From: Cupriavidus necator
GTDB taxonomy: Bacteria; Pseudomonadota; Gammaproteobacteria; Burkholderiales; Burkholderiaceae
Direction: 5' to 3'
NCBI RefSeq assembly: GCF_016127575.1
Contig: NZ_CP066018.1
Span: 2,850,001 to 2,882,000 of the forward strand
Length of the DNA: 32,000 bases
Position 1 is the stretch's first letter; each line of letters opens with the position of its first letter. The notes beneath the pieces are model-generated. The model had not been told where the DNA came from. It was given only the letters and a program-made list of their open reading frames with translations, and ran no database searches. This document shows positions 9,112 to 16,705 of the stretch, piece after piece. A program made the position numbers and the translations under genes.

Positions 9112-10323
9112 TCAGGCCGAAAGGATCGTTCTTGCAAGCGCCACGCGAGCCTTGATTGCTTCTACAGTGTTCCCGCGGCCCACGAGAATATCGTAATCCT
9201 CCTTTGTGCTGAGGGCTTTGGTAAGCCTGTCCTTTACAGTGAGAGGCTCTGCGAACTGCGGTGGCGGTGAGGAATCGGACAGGGTACTAGCTGCGACCAT
9301 AAGGGCGTCGTACAAGGGGCGACTGGGCCGCTTGGTCCCTGGAAGAACGATGAAATCGGGGCCAATCAGTCGGATGAGAGTGTTGATACTTGAGGTGAAT
9401 AGTGCCCCAAGTTTGTCGGCATCATCATTGGAAATATTCCTGTATTTCCTCATTGTCCGATCGAGGATGTGACGTAGCGAACCCTTTGTCTCTCCCGAGA
9501 TAGTCTCACGAATCGCAAAAAATCGTAAAACGAGTTCGCAATCCATCATCGATTGATAGAGAATATTCTTTGTGAGTTCGGGAGCGGGTTCTTTTTCCTC
9601 ATTTTCTGTTCTGCGAGGGATGCCCCATACATTGGCAAAGCTGTCTTCTCGAGACAGGCGCTTGATCATCGCATTGAAGGTGCCTGGAAATGCTGCATTT
9701 CTTAATTCTTGAGGATTTAATTTTACTCCTCCGGTATTAAGTCGTCTGAAGAGCACCATTCTAATATCAAAATCGCCATCGCCACGAGCAGTTTCTGCAA
9801 GTAATACCACGGCACCTATTGTGCGTCGTAGTAGTCCGCGTCTAACTGCCTCGGGGAGATCACGAAACCGCTTCGAGTTGATTTCTGGCCAATATTCCAG
9901 GCCGGTTAGCGCAAAATCATTGTCTAGAAAATCGGTGATTGTCTCTAGTCGCTGCCGGCCATCCATCACTTCGTATTGATTATAGTTTGCCTCGAACAGG
10001 AAGAGTGATGGGATGGGTACATTCAAAAGAATGGATTCAATTAGTAGCGACTTCTTTTTTCGGTCCCAGCGGGCACGCCGTTGATATCCGGGAGCCATGT
10101 TTATGTAGTTTGATTCGCGTAGGGATGCCTGGAGTTGATGCAGGGTGAAATCCATTGTGGAACGGACGACTCTCAGTTGAGTTTCCGCGTATTTCCTTTC
10201 AATGTCGTCCGAGGTACTTGACACTGAAACATCGGTTTGATCGTCCTCGGACTCATACCATTCGTCAACTTGGTCTTCGTTGATGTCGAGGGGCTGGTCC
10301 AATGAAGCTGATATGGCGGTCAT
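9112..10323 (-). CDS. DUF262 (ParB/Srx-like) domain protein
   Basis: Carries the YQRRARW...LIESILLNVPIPSLFLF...EVMDGRQRLETI signature; DGRQR is encoded at 9949-9963. The N-terminus is acidic. No DUF1524/HNH tail was seen. Start ATG 10323 (MTAISASL) was chosen; the 107 upstream codons of the track ORF look non-coding. One sampled line in this gene is 38% GC. Confidence 0.8.
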   Translation of the reverse strand: MTAISASLDQPLDINEDQVDEWYESEDDQTDVSVSSTSDDIERKYAETQLRVVRSTMDFTLHQLQASLRESNYINMAPGYQRRARWDRKKKSLLIESILLNVPIPSLFLFEANYNQYEVMDGRQRLETITDFLDNDFALTGLEYWPEINSKRFRDLPEAVRRGLLRRTIGAVVLLAETARGDGDFDIRMVLFRRLNTGGVKLNPQELRNAAFPGTFNAMIKRLSREDSFANVWGIPRRTENEEKEPAPELTKNILYQSMMDCELVLRFFAIRETISGETKGSLRHILDRTMRKYRNISNDDADKLGALFTSSINTLIRLIGPDFIVLPGTKRPSRPLYDALMVAASTLSDSSPPPQFAEPLTVKDRLTKALSTKEDYDILVGRGNTVEAIKARVALARTILSA

Positions 10324-10766
10324 AAATAACCCTTTGTTTTGGGAGTGGTGCGTGTTCAGCAGTCTATTACAAGAGTGCTGTGCATGGACAAGCCAGATCC
10401 TGCGGGGCGCAAGCAAATATTTGGCTCCGCCGCGATCCGTGATCGGTCCGGGCGAGCCGTATTGGGGCTGTTTAACCGTGGCTAGTAGCGCCGGGGGCTC
10501 CGAGGGGGCGGCCATATCTCGGCTCGATCCGTTGCGGCCAGCTACTACGACAATAGGCGGCCCAGGACCTGCACCGCCGATCTCCAGGTATTGGTCAACA
10601 GGCCATTGAATTGTTGGCTCACCTTGGCCGGCTGCCAACAGCACCGGTGAGCGATGGCCGGTCGCTCGCTGGTGCAGGCGCGGCTGGGGTGGCGCGGCTG
10701 GGGTGGCGTTTGCGAAAAGATGAGCACTGCCGATAGTCAGGCAAACGCCTGCCCATTAGCCAATAC

Positions 10767-11085
10767 TGGCAAACGGTTCGTCAGCTGCGAGTTGAGTTGC
10801 GTGCTCATCTTCGGGTAGGCGTCGAATAGGGCGTGGGAGCGCTGGGCCTTCAATTCGCACTCGGCGCGGATCTGCTTAATCGTCTTGAAGCCCCATCTCA
10901 TAGCCTTGCACGCAGCTGCAGGTCCAGACCATGGTGTTACTCCGCACGGCCCGTTCCTCTGCCTGCCTGCGGGCTTCGAGGGCGGCTTCAGCAGCTTGCC
11001 CAGCCCGCGGGATGTCTGCCACGATCTCGGCCCTTGCCGGGCGGGCTCCGGCCAAGTCGGCGGCCAGCAATGGTGCGCGCCGCAT
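10767..11085 (-). pseudogene. frameshifted paralog of the secreted small protein 24708..25052
   Basis: Hand alignment to 24711-25052 gives about 87% identity over a counted 60-nt stretch. The reading frame is split between two track ORFs, with a 2-nt deletion near 10891-10897. There is also a 21-nt deletion near 10936-10941. Confidence 0.7.
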
Positions 11086-11086
11086 G

Positions 11087-11260
11087 TCAGGCTCCCCCCG
11101 GCGTAGATAACGGCCCGGCGCATGTCCCACAGGCCGTAGAGATAGACTCTGATCTCGCCCGCGGCTGGGCCGTGATCAGCCCTTCCAGCCGCTCCAAGGT
11201 CTCGTAGAAGGGGTTCTCCAGGTCGAGCACGCAGGATAGGTCGCTATCCTGACTCGGATT
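11087..11260 (-). pseudogene. truncated and frameshifted paralog of small protein 25054..25263
   Basis: SQDSDLSCVLDLENPFYETLERLEGLI matches SQDSTLSCVLDLEDPFRMTLERLEGLI. A 1-nt deletion near 11160-11170 shifts the frame. There is no start codon at the equivalent position. Homology ends around 11250-11266. Confidence 0.6.
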
Positions 11261-11280
11261 GAATGAAAAATGGCTTCCGC

Positions 11281-11486
11281 CCAGCCGATTCGAGTCACGC
11301 GCGCACGATTGGTCACTTCGGAAAGGGTGGCATGTCCCAAGGAGGGGCACTGCGGCGGAAAATCGGGGGGAAGAGAGGAGGAATCTACGCCCTGTGTGGC
11401 GGCCCATTGACATGGGCACGCCACACAAGTAGATCAGACGGCCTAGAGGCCAGCCTATGTGACTGGAGCTACTCCTAGTCGGCTGG
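11281..11486 (+). ncRNA. candidate structured ncRNA upstream of the RT (retron msr/msd-like), speculative
   Basis: Terminal complementarity ccagccga (11281-88) / tcggctgg (11479-86), plus gagt (11292-95) / actc (11471-74). These enclose a 15-bp hairpin at 11393-11427 (tgtgtggcggcccat-tgac-atgggc-a-cgccacaca). No convincing ORF is present. Confidence 0.25.
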
Positions 11487-11519
11487 CATTTTGCTAGTAT
11501 ATACGAGGCGATAGGTCGC

Positions 11520-12512
11520 GTGCATCGATGGGTAGCCCAGAAGGTAATTGTGAATAAAAAGCCACTTGAGACGCTTTTCGAGGCTATGTACCACAGCAAG
11601 CGTTCGTTCGACGATTTCGCGCGTGGTCCAGTGGCCCAGAAGTACGTCCGCCACCGCTTCTGCAAGCAGGGCAAGACGAGGGAGGTTCTCAGTCCCGACG
11701 ACAAGCTGCGTGCCTACCACGAGTTCCTGAGGCTCTTCCTGCTCGACTTTCTACCGCAGAATGAGGAAGTGGTTTTCTCGTATCGAAAAGGCGTGAGCGC
11801 CTACGACGCGGTGAGCAGGCATGCGCAAAGCAAGTTTTTCTTCGTTTGCGACATTGCCGATTTCTTCCCCAGCCTCAAACGCCATCGCATCCGACAAACC
11901 ATTCTTTCTGGGAAAGACTCATCTCCCGTCGCCGATTTAGATCAGTGGTTGGAGCGTATCCTTGACCTGGTGAGCGTCGACGATTGCTTGCCCATGGGCT
12001 TTTCCACGTCGCCGACAATAAGCAATGCCGCGCTATTGCCGTTCGACAATGCGGTACAGTGGTATTGCGCCTCGAGGGGGTTGATCTACACGCGTTACTC
12101 CGACGACATGGTGGTATCCGCCAAGGAGTTCGCCTCGCTAGATGGCATCGAGGAAACACTCGGGGCATTCTTCGTCGAATACATGGACGGCGACCTGGCC
12201 CTGCATCCTGGAAAATCCAAGCTGCTTCGAACTGGCAGCAAGATCAGGCTCCTGGGGATGGTACTGTTGCCCAATGGGACCATTTCGGTGGACGCGAGTA
12301 TCAAATCTGAGATCGAGGTACTAATCCACTTCTATATCAAGGACAGGGCGAAATTTGCGGATCGCGCAGATGGAGATGCGCAGAAGGTCGAGGCACGGTT
12401 GGCTGGCCTTCTGAATTACGCGAACACCGTGGACCAATCCTATCTGCAGAAGCTGCGCAAGAAGTTCGGCGCGGCTGTGGTGGATCTATTCCTGCACCGC
12501 TCCTTTGGCTAG
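11520..12512 (+). CDS. reverse transcriptase, retron/Abi-like (about 320-330 aa)
   Basis: RT motifs occur in order: KQGKTREVLSP, SYRKGVSAYDAVSRHA, FVCDIADFFPSL, LPMGFSTSPTISNAAL, YTRYSDDMVV (YSDD at 12096-12107), HPGKSKLL, IRLLGMVLLPNG. The track start is GTG 11520. An alternative is GTG 11550, preceded by AGAAGG. Confidence 0.9.
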   Translation: MHRWVAQKVIVNKKPLETLFEAMYHSKRSFDDFARGPVAQKYVRHRFCKQGKTREVLSPDDKLRAYHEFLRLFLLDFLPQNEEVVFSYRKGVSAYDAVSRHAQSKFFFVCDIADFFPSLKRHRIRQTILSGKDSSPVADLDQWLERILDLVSVDDCLPMGFSTSPTISNAALLPFDNAVQWYCASRGLIYTRYSDDMVVSAKEFASLDGIEETLGAFFVEYMDGDLALHPGKSKLLRTGSKIRLLGMVLLPNGTISVDASIKSEIEVLIHFYIKDRAKFADRADGDAQKVEARLAGLLNYANTVDQSYLQKLRKKFGAAVVDLFLHRSFG

Positions 12513-12515
12513 GGT

Positions 12516-13844
12516 ATGCACTTCTCAGTCGAGCTGGCGGAAATCCGCCCAATAAAAGCGCTCAGCTTCGAGATCGATCTTGCGCGAAACCAACTGCTCT
12601 GCATTGTGGGTAAGAATGGCTCGGGGAAAACTACGCTAGCCAAGGCGATTCTCAACTTCACGTTGGCCGACACCTTTACCCGCACATCATCGGATGGCAT
12701 TTTTCATCATGGCAGCAAGATTTGCTACCGTTTTGGCGCCCAAGAATTCCTGTTCTGGTATGACGACAACCTGCGCATGCTCAACTGTAAGGCGCCTATT
12801 CCAGAAGCGTTGAAGGCGCAGATATCGGTTGAGCTGCCGATGCCCCATGGGCATCGGTTCAATTTCTTCCGAGCGCTTAGCGAGTCCGATCACGAGATCC
12901 GGCGGGCGACCATCTTGGGGGATTACCGAAAACCCGAGGAGCTCATAGAGTTCTTGTCGCGCATCTATGGCGAACGACGATTCGACGATCTGATCGAGGT
13001 ACGATTGCGTACAGGATCGTGCTGCTGCATCACCCTTCCGGGCGGCCGCTATCTGCGTGAGGATTATTTCAGCTCTGGCGAATACTTCCTTATTAATCTT
13101 TATCGCAGGGTACGTAAGGGCCAACGGCTCGTCGTAATCGACGAGATCGACATTTCACTGGACGCCGCAGCCCAGGCTCGCCTCACCGCGGAGCTTCGGA
13201 CACTCTGCACTGAATACCACGTGAATATCGTCTTCACGAGCCATTCTCTAGCAATGATGCAGACGCTGCAGAGCAACGAACTGCTTTATATGGAACGGAA
13301 CGCCGAAGGTGCAACGCTCGTACCGGTATCTTTCAGCTATGTGAAGAGCTTGATGTTCGGGTTCACAGGCCGTGACAGATATATTCTCACCGAGGATGAG
13401 GTGCTCAAGGAGTTTCTGTCGTTTGTAATCCGTCACTACTGCCCACCTACCTTTTATAGCTATTATTTAATTGAAGTTGGTGGGGCGGGTCAGGTCGTCG
13501 ATCTCATGGCGCGTAATGATCGCGATGGATTCCTTGGCCCGACGGAAGACGTTATTTCCATCCTGGACGGCGACCAAAAACACGCCAAGCACGCCCAAGG
13601 GCCGAAGACCTACTGCATGCCGCTAGAGAGTGTCGAGAAGGCCTTCTGGGAAGAACATCAATGCCCAGATTTCCAGCCGCGCATTTCGGCGGAGCAGCAA
13701 GGCCCCAAGGCCCTATACAAGTACGTAACTCGCAACAAGATTTTCTCGCAGGAAGAGATCTTCAAGCTCCTTTGCGATCGCCATCATGAGGTCATTCAGG
13801 AGTTTGCCAGCACCTTGCAAGCCTTTCTTTGCCGGCCCACATGA
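12516..13844 (+). CDS. ABC-type ATPase fused to a TOPRIM-like (OLD / DUF4435-like) domain
   Basis: Walker A GKNGSGKT (12609-12632), signature-like FSSGE, Walker B LVVIDEIDISLD, and H-loop FTSHS. The C-terminal half has YILTEDEV...IEVGGAGQVV...ILDGDQ, resembling the TOPRIM Glu / GG / DxD pattern. ATG lies 3 nt after the RT stop. Confidence 0.8.
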   Translation: MHFSVELAEIRPIKALSFEIDLARNQLLCIVGKNGSGKTTLAKAILNFTLADTFTRTSSDGIFHHGSKICYRFGAQEFLFWYDDNLRMLNCKAPIPEALKAQISVELPMPHGHRFNFFRALSESDHEIRRATILGDYRKPEELIEFLSRIYGERRFDDLIEVRLRTGSCCCITLPGGRYLREDYFSSGEYFLINLYRRVRKGQRLVVIDEIDISLDAAAQARLTAELRTLCTEYHVNIVFTSHSLAMMQTLQSNELLYMERNAEGATLVPVSFSYVKSLMFGFTGRDRYILTEDEVLKEFLSFVIRHYCPPTFYSYYLIEVGGAGQVVDLMARNDRDGFLGPTEDVISILDGDQKHAKHAQGPKTYCMPLESVEKAFWEEHQCPDFQPRISAEQQGPKALYKYVTRNKIFSQEEIFKLLCDRHHEVIQEFASTLQAFLCRPT

Positions 13845-13886
13845 AGAGGGAGCGAGATGCGGCCGCGCGGCGGGAGTCCGCTGCGG

Positions 13887-14753
13887 TCAGTTGTCCGCAG
13901 TTGACTTTCTGGACGCTTGGTCGATATTTTCCTGAAAGCTCTCGAAGAATAGGTCAATCTCCTCATCCGTTGCCGGCCATATGTCAAAAGAAGGCTGGGG
14001 CAAGCCGGGCAGCCGCTTGTCGTCGGGTAGCCACGGCTGATCTAATTGGCCGAAGGAGAAACGTATTCGGAGGCGATTCAATGCGCCGCCGTTTGGGCGC
14101 ACGGGATCGAATGGCCGTATCCAGTCTGGCAGGCCGTCATAGTCTACAGCCGTGACTAGGCGGCCTTCCTGCTGGGCTTGATCTCTAAGTGTTCGCTCTT
14201 GCTCTTCGATTTCCGCTCGGTCTTCAAACACCTCGCATCCGAGCTCTTGAATCTTCGCAGTCCACTCCTGATACGTAACCGCGGCTTCAGACGCGCAGCG
14301 CGGAGGTCGCGGTCTCCCACCTTTCGAACCACCAGGCGGTAAAGGCAGCTTGCCATGGGCCAGATTCATCAATCCGCGTCGAAATAGCTTCAGTGCAGCT
14401 CGCTCGCTGTCGAGGCGGGCACCAAGGGCATCGGCGGAAGCAAGGTCCACGAGGCCTAAAGGCAGCAGCTCGTCTTCTGTAACGTAGCCAAGCTCGTGGG
14501 CAAGGGTAGCAACATCAAACAGCTTGGCTATGGACAAGGCCTGGCCCGACTTGCTGTAGGTCCCCTCCATGTGCCTGTAGCGCAGCCATTCCTGGCCAGT
14601 CTCCTGGTCAAACATGTCCCGCAACCCCAACCCGAACTTGGCCTCCAGTTGTGCTGGAGATAGCCCGGAACGTTTCTCGATCAGGCAAAGCAGGGCAACT
14701 GTGGCGCCCTTCATTCGCTGCTGACCGTACTTACCGTCTCGATGTCGCCCCAT
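13887..14753 (-). CDS. hypothetical protein, possible N-terminal HTH
   Basis: The internal ATG 14753 was chosen because the longer track ORF would overlap the divergent AlpA-like gene. LLCLIEKRSGLSPAQLEAKFGL resembles an HTH. It is divergent from the AlpA-like gene and convergent with the ATPase gene. Confidence 0.45.
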   Translation of the reverse strand: MGRHRDGKYGQQRMKGATVALLCLIEKRSGLSPAQLEAKFGLGLRDMFDQETGQEWLRYRHMEGTYSKSGQALSIAKLFDVATLAHELGYVTEDELLPLGLVDLASADALGARLDSERAALKLFRRGLMNLAHGKLPLPPGGSKGGRPRPPRCASEAAVTYQEWTAKIQELGCEVFEDRAEIEEQERTLRDQAQQEGRLVTAVDYDGLPDWIRPFDPVRPNGGALNRLRIRFSFGQLDQPWLPDDKRLPGLPQPSFDIWPATDEEIDLFFESFQENIDQASRKSTADN

Positions 14754-14837
14754 TCGAAACCTCGTGGAATTCCCTTTTGCTGGCAGATGTGACTCAAAGC
14801 ATCCTATCAGCACTTGGATAGCGAGGAAACATGACAG

Positions 14838-15230
14838 ATGAAGACCGCCGACAAATCGAGAGTGGATTTCCGCGTGGCGTTCGCAAACATGGATAGATGC
14901 GCGCTTTTGTCGCCCGAAGAACTTGCCGAATTGCTTGGCAAGAGCCGAAACGCTATCTACCACATGCTTCGGCGAGACGAGGATTCATTTCCTCAACCGG
15001 TCCTTCGCCAGAACCGATGCATTCGCTGGCGTGCCGGTGATGTCCGAGATTGGATAGACAGCCTGTCGAGCGCGAAGCCGCGTGAGATAGAGACTGCAAG
15101 GAGGCGGGGTCGGCCTCGCCAGGGCGATTTGCAGAGGTCCCCTTCTGATAGCGCACCTCTTGCTAACGATCATTCGACGGCGCTCGGACAAGCGCGTGCA
15201 CGCAAACTTGTGCGTTTTACCTTGGGGTGA
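14838..15230 (+). CDS. AlpA/MerR-type HTH DNA-binding protein (excisionase/regulator-like)
   Basis: LLSPEELAELLGKSRNAIYHMLRRDEDSFPQPVLRQNRCIRWRAGDVRDWI fits the AlpA-family pattern. GAGGAA lies upstream of ATG 14838. An alternative start is ATG 14889. Confidence 0.7.
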   Translation: MKTADKSRVDFRVAFANMDRCALLSPEELAELLGKSRNAIYHMLRRDEDSFPQPVLRQNRCIRWRAGDVRDWIDSLSSAKPREIETARRRGRPRQGDLQRSPSDSAPLANDHSTALGQARARKLVRFTLG

Positions 15231-15240
15231 TCTGGTCGCG
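15226..15240 (+). repeat. 15-bp motif GGTGATYTRGTCGCG, copy 1
   Basis: ggtgatctggtcgcg. It overlaps the TGA of the AlpA-like gene and lies 58 nt before the Rep-like start. Confidence 0.8.
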
Positions 15241-15297
15241 CCCCTCTTGTAGTGCTGATCCGAAGTCCTGCAGCCGCAACCAACCATAAGGGCCTTA

Positions 15298-16224
15298 ATG
15301 GCTGACGATCGTTTTCAGAACCACAGTGGCGGCGTAGTTCACGTTCACTACGATGTGCGCTACGGCTCCGTACCTGAGGCGTTGCTGGAAGACAGCCGCC
15401 TGGGGCTGGATACTAGGGCTGTTGCTGCCTGGCTGGCCGTGAAGCCTGCCGGCTGGCAGATTCTAGTCGGAGTTCTTCAGTCGCGACTAGAGCTTGGAAA
15501 GGACCGTTGGGGGCGGATCTCTCGCGAGCTGGAGGCGGCAGGATACTTAAGACGTCGAAGAGCTCATGGGCCGAGGGGTCAATGGCTCTGGAACATCGTC
15601 TTCAATCCCGTCCCAATGAGCCGACCTTCGACCATGGGCGGCTTTCCCGGAGATGGTGCTCACGGATCCGGGCAGCGCAACCCCGGTCGATCCGGAACTG
15701 GGACCTCCGACTCCGGCTTACCCGAGGCCGGTTCTGCCGGCAATATAGAAGTACCAGACAAGAAAAAACATCTAAGTAAAAAACAATCAACTACGACCCA
15801 GGCGCCCATCGCTGCCGCGGGCAGTTGCACTGCCTCCCGCTACCGGGAGCTGTTTTGGGCTCGAGCCGTTGAGCCTCACAAAGATGTAGTGGTTGCTTGT
15901 CTTGATCGAAGTGAAATGGACATGCCTACTGCGCAGAAGATTGTCGACGAGCTGGCAGGTTGCCTGGAGGCGGCCGCGTTGGGAAAGCGTGACGGGATCG
16001 CAAGTATCCAGGGTTGGGTTGCAGCGGTCGTCCGTCGCTGCAAGAAGGGTAGCTTCGTCATCGATCTGGGGCGGGTCGTGGCCCGTCGGCGTGATCAAGC
16101 GACGACGGATTCAGTTGTGCATGGATCATCGGTACACCAGTCCCATACCAGCCGGGAGAAGGGGCGAGAAAATCTGCGGACGCTCCTTCAGACACGGGAC
16201 GGCACTGGCAGACTAAATCCGTAG
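15298..16224 (+). CDS. winged-HTH (HTH_36-like) protein, possible replication initiator of the island
   Basis: The N-terminal LLEDSRLGLDTRAVAAWLAVKPAGWQILVGVLQSRLELGKDRWGRISRELEAAGYLRRRR resembles replication-initiator-type wHTH domains. A low-complexity linker follows. The gene lies directly upstream of the repeat-rich gene-free region. Confidence 0.5.
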   Translation: MADDRFQNHSGGVVHVHYDVRYGSVPEALLEDSRLGLDTRAVAAWLAVKPAGWQILVGVLQSRLELGKDRWGRISRELEAAGYLRRRRAHGPRGQWLWNIVFNPVPMSRPSTMGGFPGDGAHGSGQRNPGRSGTGTSDSGLPEAGSAGNIEVPDKKKHLSKKQSTTTQAPIAAAGSCTASRYRELFWARAVEPHKDVVVACLDRSEMDMPTAQKIVDELAGCLEAAALGKRDGIASIQGWVAAVVRRCKKGSFVIDLGRVVARRRDQATTDSVVHGSSVHQSHTSREKGRENLRTLLQTRDGTGRLNP

Positions 16225-16296
16225 CCAATTGCCGAGCTATAAGCGCCGGCGTGGATTGCCGGCTCATGCTAAGGGTGCCGGAACTAAGGCCGGCGA

Positions 16297-16311
16297 GGTG
16301 ATTTGGTCGCG
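16297..16311 (+). repeat. 15-bp motif GGTGATYTRGTCGCG, copy 2
   Basis: ggtgatttggtcgcg, 73 nt after the Rep-like stop. Confidence 0.8.
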
Positions 16312-16560
16312 CATCCACTCAAACCGGTAGCCAGCTGCACCAGTAGACGATTTGCTTATGCAGTCTCTCAAGAGCCAAGTCCATTTGAATCGGCAGTGTC
16401 GGATCGCCCCTTCGGGTCGCCGCTCTCCCTTGCGCCTAGCGGCGCGGGGACCCGTGCGCCTCGATCCGGGCGCGCGGCGCGCGCGAGACGTGGCCAGTCA
16501 TCGCCGGTTTGGCTTGCAGAACAGGGGCAGGTTCTCACCTCGGTTAGCCCTTGCCGTCGC

Positions 16561-16681
16561 GTGGCAGACCGCTGGCTGTTGTGGGCGGGCGGTGGGCTGT
16601 GTGTGGGCAACCCGGAAGGGTTGTTCATCCGCCGCGTCATGGTCGGTCCCTAAGGTGGTGCGGGTGGACCATGTCCACAGC
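16561..16681 (+). repeat. imperfect direct repeat of about 125 bp, copy A
   Basis: Aligns by hand with 16921-17049. The shared core is caaccc-gg(a/t)a-gggttg (hairpin 16608-16623), followed by gt(t/c)catc and a terminal catgtccac(a/g)gc. Confidence 0.7.
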
Positions 16682-16705
16682 TTGGCTGAAGCGGTTCGAA
16701 TGAGG

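Noticed and set aside
9112-10644. Long N-terminal extension of the DUF262 ORF (510 aa in the track), and similarly 6721..7611 and 13887..14963
   Set aside because: The upstream portions have different composition (high GC, Pro/Gly/Arg-rich) and no homology signal, and in one case they overlap a divergent gene. Internal ATG starts give proteins that begin where the family-like sequence begins.
11263-11478. 71-aa plus-strand ORF upstream of the RT
   Set aside because: It is Gly/Arg-rich, has no RBS, and overlaps the strong hairpin. The region is better explained as non-coding or ncRNA.
11508-11520. gcgataggtcgcg upstream of the RT start, considered as a further copy of the GGTGATYTRGTCGCG motif
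   Set aside because: It shares only the GTCGCG end and a displaced GAT. GGTCGCG-like strings are common in high-GC DNA, for example inside CDS at about 5380.
11087-11704. 205-aa minus-strand ORF spanning the RT 5' end, the RT upstream region and the small-protein pseudogene
   Set aside because: Only its last 40 or so residues resemble a real protein, the paralog of 25054..25263. The rest runs antisense through the RT start and the structured non-coding region. It is treated as a read-through artefact of a pseudogene.
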